Shown here piece after piece: positions 8,456-18,724 of a stretch of DNA of 64,000 nucleotides. Origin of the DNA: an uncultured bacterium (GTDB lineage: Bacteria > Cyanobacteriota > Vampirovibrionia > Gastranaerophilales > Gastranaerophilaceae); NCBI GenBank assembly GCA_958366705.1, contig CATXCB010000003.1:16193-80192 (forward strand). The letters run 5' to 3'. The notes beneath the pieces were generated by a model. The model was not told the DNA's origin. It ran no database searches and saw nothing but the letters and a program-made list of their open reading frames with translations. The stretch's first letter is position 1; every line of letters begins with the position of its first letter. The translations under genes and the position numbers were made by a program.

Positions 8456-10061
8456 ATTTTTCGCGTATTTTTCTTAAATCATCAGCTGCTTTTGTTGTTT
8501 CTTTTATATTGTATTGGTTTTTTAATGTGTCAAATACAGATGGATTTACCAGTGTTGGCGGGCATGTTGCCATATACAGATTTTTTGCCCCGGCATTTTT
8601 TAGCATTACGATGTTGGATATGCTCATTACATCGCATGTCGTAAAGAAAAATGCTATTTGTTCACTGTCTATCGGGAATTTTTCGAAAAACTGATGTAGG
8701 ATATTTGTTGCTAGTGGTGCGTAGTTCCCTACATTTATTGTAAGTACATTTTCATTTTTGCTTTCATATGAAAAACTGATTGCGAACTCATTTTTTTTCA
8801 TTTTTGAGAAAAACTCATGAAAATATTCCGTTTGAACTTCTGAATATGCATTCATTCCTATGATATAAACTTTTTCGAGTTCTTTATTATTCAATTTGTA
8901 GATAATTTCATCAAATTGATTGGTTATTTCTTCATCATTGTATCCAAGGACTGTGTCTTCTTTTACTTTTCCCTTGGAAAATCCCTTTGCGTTGTTTGCG
9001 GTGTCTATAAGTTGCGTAAAATCATCGTTTTCTATTTTTACAACACCTTCAGGTACAATGTAATCATTGGAAAACAGTCTTCCCCTGTACAAGTATTCTG
9101 TGTTATTTCTTGAATTTTTTGTAAGTAGAATTGCTCCAGGAAAAGTTGCGAACTCTAGAATACTATTTTCTGTGTTGTCCCCGAAGTGTCCTTGTAGATT
9201 TTCGTAGTTGCTGAATTTTTTTAGGGCATGTGTGATTAATAGGTTTGAATGCGTGTAAACATCTATATTTTTATCCTTAGTTTCTTCAAGAATTTTTAGT
9301 AAGTCAAAAAAATTATTTCCTGAAACAAGGATTGCTTTACCTTTTCTTGATGAATGTGAAACTTTTACTTTTGAAATTTCTCCAAATTCTGTTAAAAGTA
9401 GTCTGCTTATTTCAAGTTGTAACTGGTGGTCTGAATTTGCAAATTTATTGATTTGTTCTTTAAGCTCATTATTGTTGATTTTTGAATGATTCAACATATC
9501 AAGGCTTGATAATACATCATGATAAATTTCATTGTTAAATTCGTTAAAGTCTGTAATTTTTATTAAATTTATGCAGGTACTTTTGACAAGTATCAGCAAA
9601 ATTTCCATTAAATTCTTTTGTATAGTGCTAAAATGATTATATTTTTTTAGAAATAATTTTTCGCCAAGTGCAATAGCTTTAGAGATAGGTGTTGTCTTAT
9701 CAAAATGAATGTGTGTTTTTAATTCTTTTGCCAAAATATTTTCATCTTTACAAATATTTTTGTATGCCTTTTTTGTGTCATTCAGTAAGAAATATTCTTT
9801 CTGAATAAGCTCAAAAAGTTGTTTTTCGCTAAATTCGTTGCTGGATACAAGTGTTGCAATATCATTTATTATATTAAATTTTATAGATTGATTGCTTGCA
9901 CCAAGTTTTTCCAATTCCAGCACATAGTGGGCAATCTGTTTGAGAAAATACATGATTACTTCCTGTAAAGCTGCAATATTAGGGGCTACTGAGCAGGCTC
10001 CTCTAGAAGTGCATTCGTTTGTGTCGATGTATGTTTTTCTATATTCATTGTTGTTATACAT
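8454..10061 (-). CDS. hypothetical protein with Hcp/prismane-like (hybrid-cluster protein/CODH family) N-terminus, divergent
   Basis: 535 aa. N-terminal TNECTSRGACSVAPNIAALQEVIMYFLKQIAHYVLELEKLG resembles the Hcp N-terminus (GCT.KGVCGK...LQDLL.Y.LKGI..Y), but only 2 of the 4 Cys of the canonical N-terminal cluster motif are present. Confidence 0.4.
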   Translation of the reverse strand: MYNNNEYRKTYIDTNECTSRGACSVAPNIAALQEVIMYFLKQIAHYVLELEKLGASNQSIKFNIINDIATLVSSNEFSEKQLFELIQKEYFLLNDTKKAYKNICKDENILAKELKTHIHFDKTTPISKAIALGEKLFLKKYNHFSTIQKNLMEILLILVKSTCINLIKITDFNEFNNEIYHDVLSSLDMLNHSKINNNELKEQINKFANSDHQLQLEISRLLLTEFGEISKVKVSHSSRKGKAILVSGNNFFDLLKILEETKDKNIDVYTHSNLLITHALKKFSNYENLQGHFGDNTENSILEFATFPGAILLTKNSRNNTEYLYRGRLFSNDYIVPEGVVKIENDDFTQLIDTANNAKGFSKGKVKEDTVLGYNDEEITNQFDEIIYKLNNKELEKVYIIGMNAYSEVQTEYFHEFFSKMKKNEFAISFSYESKNENVLTINVGNYAPLATNILHQFFEKFPIDSEQIAFFFTTCDVMSISNIVMLKNAGAKNLYMATCPPTLVNPSVFDTLKNQYNIKETTKAADDLRKIREK

Positions 10062-10064
10062 AAT

Positions 10065-10301
10065 TTAATCCTGTTCTAAATTTTTTAGATATTCAATAAT
10101 TTTGTCTGATTCATAAATTTTATCATTTGTGTTTTCATTATAGAGAAATGGAACTTGGTCTTTTCCCCCAATAGAGAGTAGTCTTAATACGTTATCATTA
10201 TTTCCTGTGTCAAATTTATGATATGTGATGTTGTGTTCTTTCAAGTATTTCATAACTTTTTGACAGTATGGACAACTTTCTAATACAAATAAATCGAGCA
10301 T
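10065..10301 (-). CDS. glutaredoxin-like protein (CPYC)
   Basis: 78 aa, MLDLFVLESCPYCQKV... Confidence 0.7.
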   Translation of the reverse strand: MLDLFVLESCPYCQKVMKYLKEHNITYHKFDTGNNDNVLRLLSIGGKDQVPFLYNENTNDKIYESDKIIEYLKNLEQD

Positions 10302-10415
10302 CTGTACCTCCTCTTGAATTTATTATAAAATATTCTGGGAATTTGAACCTGACTGATAGAATAATTCCAAAATTTAATTAATATAATTGCAAAACTTGAA
10401 TTTTTATACTAAACT

Positions 10416-11555
10416 ATGCCTATGAGTAAGAAGAGTATTTTATTTATTTTCGGGACAAGACCGGAAGTTATCAAATTGGCACCTGTTATTTTAGAACTTA
10501 AAAAGTATCCTGACAGGTATAAAGTAATCTTGTGTAATACTGAACAGCAAAAAGAGCTTTCTAATCAGACATTGAGTTATTTTAATTTGAAAGCTGATAT
10601 AAATTTGGACTGTATGCGTCCAAATCAATCTTTGCTTGAGGTTCAGTCCAGAATTTTAACATCATTAGATTCAGTTTTTAAAACTAATCATGTTGATGCA
10701 ACTATTGTCCAGGGTGATACAATGACAGTGTTGTGTGGTGCACTTGCTAGTTTTTACTCAAAAATACCTGTTTTTCATGTCGAAGCTGGACTGAGATCTT
10801 ATGATATTTATGAACCGTTTCCGGAAGAAGTTATGCGTCAAATGACTTCAAGGGTTGCAGAATTACATTTTGCACCTACTGAAAAAAGTAAAAAAGCATT
10901 GCTAAAAGAGGATATTCTTGACAATAAAATTCATGTTACTGGTAACACTGTAATTGATGCATTATTTTGTTTGTCAGATCAGACTATGGAGATGGCTAAA
11001 GACTTTTATAAAGAACAGGGTGTTCCTGTTGATGATAAATTGGTTCTTATAACTGCTCACAGACGTGAGAACCATGGTGAAAGAATTGATAGAATACTTG
11101 ATGCTGTTGAATTTTTGGTCAACAATTATAAAGACCACAAATTTGTTATTCCTGTGCATCCAAATCCTAATGTTAAGGATAAAATTTATAATCGTCTTGA
11201 AGCGTATTCAAATGTTTATTTAATGAAGCCGTTGGATTATCCGTATCTGGTTTATCTAATGAAGAATGCTAAACTTATTTTGACGGATTCAGGCGGAATT
11301 CAAGAGGAAGCACCATCTTTTGGTTGCCCGACTCTTGTTATGAGATATGAAACTGAACGTCAGGAAGGAATTGATGCTGGTGTTTCTGTTCTTGTCGGGG
11401 CTGAATATGGCAAAATTATTTCATTGAGTTCAGAAATATTGAATAAATCTCGTGAGGCTTCAAGATTACAAGCTCAAAATCCTTATGGTACAGGGAATGC
11501 TGCAGAGCTGATAGAGCACATTATTCGTCATTACTTTGATGCTAAAGGGTTGTAG
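10416..11555 (+). CDS. wecB: UDP-N-acetylglucosamine 2-epimerase (non-hydrolysing)
   Basis: ILFIFGTRPEVIKLAPVI...ITAHRREN...SGGIQEEAPSFGCPTLVMR. Confidence 0.85.
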   Translation: MPMSKKSILFIFGTRPEVIKLAPVILELKKYPDRYKVILCNTEQQKELSNQTLSYFNLKADINLDCMRPNQSLLEVQSRILTSLDSVFKTNHVDATIVQGDTMTVLCGALASFYSKIPVFHVEAGLRSYDIYEPFPEEVMRQMTSRVAELHFAPTEKSKKALLKEDILDNKIHVTGNTVIDALFCLSDQTMEMAKDFYKEQGVPVDDKLVLITAHRRENHGERIDRILDAVEFLVNNYKDHKFVIPVHPNPNVKDKIYNRLEAYSNVYLMKPLDYPYLVYLMKNAKLILTDSGGIQEEAPSFGCPTLVMRYETERQEGIDAGVSVLVGAEYGKIISLSSEILNKSREASRLQAQNPYGTGNAAELIEHIIRHYFDAKGL

Positions 11556-11661
11556 TATTTATTTCTCCTGTGTTATAAATTAAAATAAAAAAGCAAGTTG
11601 TTAAACTTGCTATACATAAAATGTTTTAGGGATATATTTAAGTTTTCGAGGTTTAAACTTA

Positions 11662-12309
11662 TTATTTAAAAGATGAAGTTAATCTTTCATCTATTTTTCT
11701 ATCAATTTTTTTAAGCATTTTTTTCATTCTTAAATCTTTATGCATATTAATGCTTGTATTTGTTTCCATTTCACTTCTATACTTTCTGTATAGTTCGATT
11801 TCTCTGTCTTTGATATCCTTTTTGATAAGAATTTTATCATCTTCTTCGGATATTTTTTTAGAAACTCGGAATATAACTGCAAACAGCCCCATTACAAATG
11901 TAATCCATAAAATTTTATCCAGTGGCATTGTTTCTCCAACAAGTGTGCTTTCACCGTGGATGGGATCCATGATAATGGAAGAATCTTTTATATTTGCCGC
12001 TGATATGTATATTTTCAATTTGTTTGGTGCGGTATTTTCAATAACCAGTCCATCAATACTATTAGTTCCTTTATATAAGGCATTCACAGTATCAGATGAG
12101 GTTATTCCGCTTAATTCAAGAATTAACTCATTTTCTGATGGTGTTTTTTTAGTGACTCTGGCTATTTTGTCAGATTCAAGTATTACATTATATCCTGTAT
12201 TATTTTTTTCTAGGGTTACTGTGTGTAAATAGTTAGCTTTTGCGCTAACTGTTGTGCTGGTAAATGCAAATGTAATTAAGAATCCGAATATTAAAAATAA
12301 CTTTTTCAA
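11662..12309 (-). CDS. hypothetical secreted/membrane-anchored protein
   Basis: 215 aa with an N-terminal signal peptide (MKKLFLIFGFLITFAFTSTTVSA), an internal TM segment and a basic C-terminus. Confidence 0.4.
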   Translation of the reverse strand: MKKLFLIFGFLITFAFTSTTVSAKANYLHTVTLEKNNTGYNVILESDKIARVTKKTPSENELILELSGITSSDTVNALYKGTNSIDGLVIENTAPNKLKIYISAANIKDSSIIMDPIHGESTLVGETMPLDKILWITFVMGLFAVIFRVSKKISEEDDKILIKKDIKDREIELYRKYRSEMETNTSINMHKDLRMKKMLKKIDRKIDERLTSSFK

Positions 12310-12505
12310 TTCTTTTCCCTCCCTAATCTACACATATATACTATACTGCATTAGCAGAAAGTACATCAACCCATGGGTTTAGATGAGTACGTCAAAGGTT
12401 TTAAATTAAAGTTAAGAAATGTAACGATAATACTTCATGCTGAAATTGCATGCTTTTTTGATACTTTATATAAGTGTAGATAATCAGAGATATTAGGAGA
12501 GCCAA

Positions 12506-12886
12506 ATGATATTATTATTCGGATCAAAAGCTTCAAAATCAACTTTAGCAAGCAGTAAAAATTCAAATATTAACAATCATCCTGTTGAGAATTCAGGAAT
12601 TTTGGCTATGAGCTTAAATGAGGCTAAAAGTACGATGACAATGGGTGAATATGATTCATATGTCTCTTCAAATCCTGTTGCGGTTGATTATTCAGCATAT
12701 TCTGATTTTTCAGACTATTCTGGAACTTCAGAAGGTGGTTTTATGAGCGGTTTTTCAGCGGCAGTTGCAACATTGTCAGATGGTGGATTTTCTTCAGGTT
12801 CATATAGCTGCGGCTCAGGAAGTGTATCTTCATTTTCAGGATGTTCATCATCAGGTTCTTCCGGATCATTTGCTTCTTTTTGTTAA
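12506..12886 (+). CDS. hypothetical small protein with Ser/Gly/Cys-rich C-terminal tail
   Basis: 126 aa. The C-terminal 60 aa are low-complexity (GSGSVSSFSGCSSSGSSGSFASFC). Preceded by a leader carrying a terminator-like hairpin. Confidence 0.35.
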   Translation: MILLFGSKASKSTLASSKNSNINNHPVENSGILAMSLNEAKSTMTMGEYDSYVSSNPVAVDYSAYSDFSDYSGTSEGGFMSGFSAAVATLSDGGFSSGSYSCGSGSVSSFSGCSSSGSSGSFASFC

Positions 12887-12924
12887 TAAAGTTTATATTT
12901 AATATAAATCGATGGATGATATTA

Positions 12925-12952
12925 AAGAGTAGATTATTTCTACTCTTTTTTT
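12925..12952 (+). terminator. rho-independent terminator
   Basis: aagagtag-attatttc-tactctt stem followed by TTTTT. Confidence 0.6.
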
Positions 12953-13071
12953 ATTGTCAGTTGTTTGTTACAAAAAGTTTACAATATGGCTTAAAGTCCT
13001 AAAGTTTTAGGGAAAATGACCGATTAATCAGATAAGAAAAGTTTTAAGGAAAACGAAAGGATAACGCTAAT

Positions 13072-15165
13072 ATGGGTATGTCAGCATCACAAGCTCATTT
13101 ATTAACAATAACAGCTAGATTAGCTGATAATGAGTTAAGATCACAAACCATTAACAATGCAAAAATGCGTTTGGCATCACAAAGTGCTCAGGCTAGTGAT
13201 ACTTATATGAATGCATTGAATGATGCTAACCTTATGTTTTCTAATTATGATTCATCAGGGATGGCACAGGCACAATTGTTAACTTACAATTCCTTGACTG
13301 AATATAGTTCATACAATAATCAGTATGGACTTGTAAATTCTTCAGGACAACTTCTGGTAAGTGAATCAGAAGCAGCTATGTTTGATGCTGCTAATGGAAA
13401 TTTAAATGCGTATTTGAAAGCTCATGGTTTAGAATACACAACTTCTTACTTTGAAGAACTTGGTAATATTGAAAATCCTGATTATCCTGTGCCATTTAAC
13501 AAAATTGAGGCTTCTACATTAAAAGGATGGTATGAAGCTTATGGTAGTTATGAAAATTCACTTGAAGTTGATAATTATGAAAAATATTATGCAGAATATA
13601 ATGATGCAAGGTCTGAATTGAATAATGCATGTAAACCTGTGGTACAAGAATATTTAAAATCTAGTTCTAATTCCCCTAAATTATATGTAGACAGTAGTGG
13701 TCAACTTCAATTAGATGGTATGCCAGGTGATCTTAAAGGTATGGTAAACTATTTAAAAGATTCCTTTAAGAGTACATCAAATACCTATGGTTTAGAGTTT
13801 TTAAAAACTAATAACTTTATAACTGATGATGCCTATACTGAACTTATGAAAGAATTGGAAGCATATCAAATTGTAAGTTATACTGAAAATCGCCCTCCGA
13901 TTGGTCCAGTTCAAAGAGATGGTGTAAAAGTTTCTTTCGGTACAAATGTTACTAAGAAAGATTCAACTTATACTATTGATGGTAATGTTGAAATTACTGT
14001 AGACTCTAATGGAGTAGTTACGAGTGTAAACATTCCACCTAGACAAACCGGTGATATAGAGTATAAATTTGAACAAACAGATACTGCCGGCAACATAACT
14101 TCTTATAATCCTGTTGGACAAACTATAGAAGATGCTTTAAATCATCTTGTTGCCCAGAATTATGATGAAAGCGATGTAGCCACAGGTAAGAGTTATTACG
14201 AAGCGACTCACGATGCAAAGGGTAATTTAGTTCTTGATAAGTATGCAATGTTTAAGAATGGTGATGAAGCTAGCCTCTTACAAGAAATTAACTCAACAAT
14301 AGCGAGTATTTATGATCATATTCTTAACGCAGATAATTTTAATTATGAAAATTTTGCTATGGCATTAGCTGGTAATGAATCTAGTGTCGCTGGCAAAGTT
14401 ACTATCCCTGCAGAATTACAAACTATTTTAGATAATTATAACGCAAAAAAAGAGCAATTCTTGGAATTTCTTTTCGGTGAAGACACTGCCGCAACTAATG
14501 ATTCGTTTGATGTTATAAATAAACTTATCAGAGAGGGTAAGATTACTACTAAAGACCTTCAAGATCCAGATTTTGTATTGAAATTAGTAAATGGATCTAT
14601 TAAAGGAGCTGATGGAAATCCTTTGGTTGCAGGAAATGTGACCTTATCAGAAAGCTACAATACTGTTGTAAAACAGTTTGTTATCGAAAATATGATTGCT
14701 AATACCGGTGAACCAAAGTATGCATGGGAAGACGAAAACGATAAAACTAATAAAGGTAACGCTGATGCTAAAGCTCAATGGTATACTAACTTGTTCAATA
14801 GAATGAAAGAAGGTTATAAAACTATTGAAAATGGTTTAGCTGCATCTTCTGAATGGATTGAGTTTGCTCTGGAAAGCGGTCTTGTGCATATGGAACAAGT
14901 TGATAAATCTTTTAACTGGAAATCATTAGATTATAAAACTTGTAGTTCTATTACTGAAGAAACATCCAGTGCTGATGCGGTGGCTAAGGCTGAAGCTGAA
15001 TACAACAGAGCAATGAAAGATATTGATGCAAAAGATAGTATGTATGATATGCAATTAAAAAATATTGATACCGAGCATACTTCATTACAAACAGAATATG
15101 AGACTATTAAAGGTATTATTAACAAAAACATCGATAGAACATTTAAATTTAACCAAAACGGCTAA
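13072..15165 (+). CDS. large hypothetical protein (697 aa)
   Basis: Long clean ORF with an acceptable RBS (aaaggataacgctaatATG). No recognisable catalytic motif; Asn/Ser/Tyr-rich. Confidence 0.45.
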   Translation: MGMSASQAHLLTITARLADNELRSQTINNAKMRLASQSAQASDTYMNALNDANLMFSNYDSSGMAQAQLLTYNSLTEYSSYNNQYGLVNSSGQLLVSESEAAMFDAANGNLNAYLKAHGLEYTTSYFEELGNIENPDYPVPFNKIEASTLKGWYEAYGSYENSLEVDNYEKYYAEYNDARSELNNACKPVVQEYLKSSSNSPKLYVDSSGQLQLDGMPGDLKGMVNYLKDSFKSTSNTYGLEFLKTNNFITDDAYTELMKELEAYQIVSYTENRPPIGPVQRDGVKVSFGTNVTKKDSTYTIDGNVEITVDSNGVVTSVNIPPRQTGDIEYKFEQTDTAGNITSYNPVGQTIEDALNHLVAQNYDESDVATGKSYYEATHDAKGNLVLDKYAMFKNGDEASLLQEINSTIASIYDHILNADNFNYENFAMALAGNESSVAGKVTIPAELQTILDNYNAKKEQFLEFLFGEDTAATNDSFDVINKLIREGKITTKDLQDPDFVLKLVNGSIKGADGNPLVAGNVTLSESYNTVVKQFVIENMIANTGEPKYAWEDENDKTNKGNADAKAQWYTNLFNRMKEGYKTIENGLAASSEWIEFALESGLVHMEQVDKSFNWKSLDYKTCSSITEETSSADAVAKAEAEYNRAMKDIDAKDSMYDMQLKNIDTEHTSLQTEYETIKGIINKNIDRTFKFNQNG

Positions 15166-15288
15166 TACTACAGTATAGAAGTAAATAATTATTAATCCAG
15201 GTGCCTCTTTTCTTGTATTTTAATTTTGACCATATAAAATAAAGTTATATGACAAGTTTAAATAAGAAAGGGGTATTTTGGGTTAGGT

Positions 15289-16680
15289 ATGATTAAATTT
15301 GACTACAGAAACGCTGATGCACAAGTTGTGGGTGTTGAAAACGGACTTAACCTTTCCGAAGAATTTGCAGCGTATAAGGATAAAATTGCCGGAATTATAG
15401 CGGATTTAAATAAGAGAAAAGACAAACCCGGACAATGGTTACAATGGATGAATCTGGGCTATAATGAAGAAACTGTCTGGTATGTTAAAGAGTATGCGGC
15501 TCTTGTGCAAAATAGATTTGAAAATATTCTGGTTCTTGGTATAGGCGGTTCAGCTCTTGGCGGTATTGCTGTTACTGAGGCTTTACTAAAACCATACTGG
15601 AACTTATTAACACCGGAACAAAGAAACGGTGCTCCGAGGATTTTCTTTTTAGATAATATTGACCCTGATTCAATGACCGGCTTACTTGATATGCTCGATT
15701 TAAAGAAAACTCTTGTTAATGTCATTACAAAATCAGGTTCTACAGCTGAAACTATGTCTCAGTTTATGATATTAAAAGACAGGTTGGAAAAAGAACTGGG
15801 GGATGATTATAGAAAAAATATTGTGGCAACAACTGATAAAAAAACAGGGATTTTGCGTCAGATTGCTGAACAAGAGGGGTATAAAACTTTTGTTGTTCCG
15901 GACGATGTAGGCGGAAGATTTTCTGTGTTTTCAGCCGTTGGTTTACTGCCGTTTGCGCTTGTTGGAATTGATATTGATGAAATTACAAACGGTATAAAAG
16001 ATATGGATCTTGCATTGAAAAATACAGATATTAACGAAAATATTGCTGCACAAAATGCCTTGATTCAATATCTTATGGATACCAAAAAAGGAAAGCACCT
16101 ATCTGTAATGATGCCTTATTCGTCACGATTAAAATATGTCTCAGACTGGTATGTTCAGCTCTGGGCAGAATCATTAGGTAAAAATGAAGATTTACAGGGA
16201 AATCATGTTCATATTGGGCCAACTCCTATTAAAGCTTTGGGGGTAACAGATCAGCATTCTCAAATACAATTGTATAATGAGGGACCAAATGATAAAATTA
16301 TTAACTTTATAAGAGTAGAAGAGTTTGATACTACTCTGGAAATTCCGAAAATTTTTGAATATACAGGTATTGGTTATCTTGGCGGGAAAACTATTAATGC
16401 TTTATTAAATGCTGAAGCTGATTCTACAAAAGTTTCATTATCAGATTATGCAAGACCAACAGTTACAATAACATTACCAAGGGTTGACGGGTATAATGTA
16501 GCTCAGCTTTTATATATGTTAGAAGTTCAGACGGCTATAGCCGGAGAATTGTATAACATTAATACATTTAACCAGCCGGGTGTTGAACAAGCTAAAAATT
16601 ATACTTATGCTTTAATGGGGAGAGCAGGATATGAAGATTCTGCAAGAAGTTTGCAATCTAAAATGTCTGCAACTGTTTAA
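15289..16680 (+). CDS. pgi: glucose-6-phosphate isomerase
   Basis: LVLGIGGSALGG...GGRFSVFSAVGLLP. Confidence 0.9.
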   Translation: MIKFDYRNADAQVVGVENGLNLSEEFAAYKDKIAGIIADLNKRKDKPGQWLQWMNLGYNEETVWYVKEYAALVQNRFENILVLGIGGSALGGIAVTEALLKPYWNLLTPEQRNGAPRIFFLDNIDPDSMTGLLDMLDLKKTLVNVITKSGSTAETMSQFMILKDRLEKELGDDYRKNIVATTDKKTGILRQIAEQEGYKTFVVPDDVGGRFSVFSAVGLLPFALVGIDIDEITNGIKDMDLALKNTDINENIAAQNALIQYLMDTKKGKHLSVMMPYSSRLKYVSDWYVQLWAESLGKNEDLQGNHVHIGPTPIKALGVTDQHSQIQLYNEGPNDKIINFIRVEEFDTTLEIPKIFEYTGIGYLGGKTINALLNAEADSTKVSLSDYARPTVTITLPRVDGYNVAQLLYMLEVQTAIAGELYNINTFNQPGVEQAKNYTYALMGRAGYEDSARSLQSKMSATV

Positions 16681-16694
16681 TGTGATATACAGGT

Positions 16695-17213
16695 ATGGTA
16701 ATTAGAATCAATATATTTTTAATAATATTGTTGTTTATGGTATTGAGTAGTATACCTGTGTTTGTTTGTGCTAAAACCTCTGGTGCAAATATCACTCTTA
16801 GTGCTACAGTTACGAAAGTTCCTGATTCTTTTTACGGAACATGGCGTGTTACATCAAAATTACTTGATACGGATTCTCCTGTTACATTTAAACAAAGTAG
16901 TTTGGATTTGTGGAACTTATCAAGAACTAATAACGTCATAACGTTAAGTAATCCTTTTAACGGAGCCAGTGCGGATATAACAATTGATAAAGTTAATAAT
17001 AATGCTATTGTTTTTACAAAATCTGGCAAGTATGGGGAACAGACATTAACAGATGTTGTTGAAATTAACTTAGATGGTAATACCTTTACAGGATTCGATT
17101 CTATAAAATTAGATACATATTCGAATGTTAATGGTAAAATTATCAAAACAGAGGTGGCAAAATATTCGATTTCAGGCGAAAAAATTGCCGGTGATAGTGT
17201 GATAGAAAATTGA
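16695..17213 (+). CDS. hypothetical secreted protein
   Basis: 172 aa with an N-terminal signal peptide/TM segment. Confidence 0.4.
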   Translation: MVIRINIFLIILLFMVLSSIPVFVCAKTSGANITLSATVTKVPDSFYGTWRVTSKLLDTDSPVTFKQSSLDLWNLSRTNNVITLSNPFNGASADITIDKVNNNAIVFTKSGKYGEQTLTDVVEINLDGNTFTGFDSIKLDTYSNVNGKIIKTEVAKYSISGEKIAGDSVIEN

Positions 17214-17225
17214 GGATAAATAATT

Positions 17226-18164
17226 ATGCAAACTTATGAATTTGATACAGTTATTTTGGGTGGTGGACCAGCAGGGTTTTCAGCAGGTTTATATGCATCA
17301 AGAGGAGCAATATCAACAGCTATTGTTGATATTAGTATGCTTGGGGGACAGCCTTCAAACTATCTGGAACTCGAAAATTATCCGGGTTTTTCTAAAATAG
17401 GAGGCTTTGAGTTGATGGAAAAATTTGAAGAGCATGCTGATATGTTTGGTATTCAAAAATTTCCTATGCAGGAAATTCAGTCTGTTGATTTGATTTCTTC
17501 TCCTAAAGTTATTATTACTAACGAAGCTGAATTTCGAGCAAAAAGTGTTATCATTGCTACAGGAGCAAAACCTATGAAGCTAGGAGTTCCGGGGGAAGAA
17601 GAATTTGTCGGCAGAGGTGTAAGTTATTGTGCAGTTTGCGACGGAGCTTTTTATAAAGATAAAGTTGTTGCAGTTGTTGGCGGCGGTAATTCAGCTGTTG
17701 AAGAGGCTATGTATTTGACGAAATTTGCTTCAAAGGTTTATCTTATTCATAGAAGAGATGAGTTAAGAGCTGATAAAATTATTCAAGAAAGAGCATTTAA
17801 GAATCCGAAACTTGAGTTTATCTGGGATTCTGTAGTAACAGAAGTTAAAGGTGATAAAGTTGTCACTGCGGCTGCTATTAAAAATGTTAAAACAGATGAG
17901 GTTTCTGATTTAAGTATAGATGGAGTTTTTCCTTACATAGGTATTACTCCAAATCTTGAAAATATTAACGGGCAGCTGGCACAGGATAAGGCTGGGTTTA
18001 TATTGACAGATGAATCGATGAAGACTTCAATTGATGGAGTTTTTGCCGTTGGTGATGTTAGAAAAACTCCTTTAAGACAGGTAATTACTGCGGCTGCAGA
18101 TGGGGCTGTTGGTGCAGTTTATGCGATTAAATATGTTGAATCATTAAAAGAAGTTGCAGTTTAA
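17226..18164 (+). CDS. trxB: thioredoxin-disulfide reductase
   Basis: VILGGGPAGFSAGLYASRG, redox-active CAVCDG, VVGGGNSAVEEA. Confidence 0.9.
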   Translation: MQTYEFDTVILGGGPAGFSAGLYASRGAISTAIVDISMLGGQPSNYLELENYPGFSKIGGFELMEKFEEHADMFGIQKFPMQEIQSVDLISSPKVIITNEAEFRAKSVIIATGAKPMKLGVPGEEEFVGRGVSYCAVCDGAFYKDKVVAVVGGGNSAVEEAMYLTKFASKVYLIHRRDELRADKIIQERAFKNPKLEFIWDSVVTEVKGDKVVTAAAIKNVKTDEVSDLSIDGVFPYIGITPNLENINGQLAQDKAGFILTDESMKTSIDGVFAVGDVRKTPLRQVITAAADGAVGAVYAIKYVESLKEVAV

Positions 18165-18192
18165 CTATAAGTATTTGTAAATCATGATAAAA

Positions 18193-18230
18193 AGCAGACA
18201 ACTTTAATTGTGTCTGCTTTTTATTTTTTT
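18193..18230 (+). terminator. rho-independent terminator after trxB
   Basis: agcagaca-actttaattg-tgtctgct stem followed by a T-run. Confidence 0.6.
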
Positions 18231-18352
18231 GTATAAGCTTTTACTAGAGCTTAGATTCTTATTTGATGTAAAGATAATATTAATATTACACGTCAGATAT
18301 AAAGATTATGTAAGGAAATCAGACTTTAGTTAAATTTTATCTTATAATAATA

Positions 18353-18658
18353 ATGTTAAGACAAATATATGGAGATATGAATATGCAATCATTAAATGAT
18401 ATTCTTGAAAACGTAGATAACTCAACTAAAAATCAAATTGAAAATGAATTAGTAAGTATAGGGGAAGCTGTTGTTCCACAATTGGTTGATAAATTGCAAG
18501 TGGTTAGAGGTATCAAAAGAGGCGTTGTTGCTATGACTCTTATTCGTTTAGGTGATGCTTCTGTTGAATATTTAGAAAAAGCTGCGCATGAAAATAAAGA
18601 TTTTGAATGGGTTGCTGAATATTTAATTAGAGAAATTAAAGGTTCAAAAGTTGCATAG
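18353..18658 (+). CDS. hypothetical small alpha-helical protein
   Basis: 101 aa. The true start is possibly ATG 18383 (GGAG 8 nt upstream). Confidence 0.4.
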   Translation: MLRQIYGDMNMQSLNDILENVDNSTKNQIENELVSIGEAVVPQLVDKLQVVRGIKRGVVAMTLIRLGDASVEYLEKAAHENKDFEWVAEYLIREIKGSKVA

Positions 18659-18680
18659 TTAGATAAAAGTTTGATATAGA

Positions 18681-18708
18681 AAGATTGGCAATATGCCAAT
18701 CTTTTTTT
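18681..18708 (+). terminator. rho-independent terminator
   Basis: aagattggca-atat-tgccaatctt stem followed by TTTTTT. Confidence 0.55.
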
Positions 18709-18724
18709 ATGCTAAAATTAGTTT

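Noticed and set aside
8300-9113. Small plus-strand ORFs (8300..8644, 8509..8694, 8916..9113) overlapping the Hcp-like gene
   Set aside because: They are antisense to, or out of frame within, a 535-aa ORF and have low-complexity products.
11750-12232. 160-aa plus-strand ORF overlapping 11662..12309 (-)
   Set aside because: Its translation is Ser/Leu/Ile low-complexity. The minus-strand ORF has a signal peptide, a sensible domain layout and a downstream terminator, so the minus strand is preferred.
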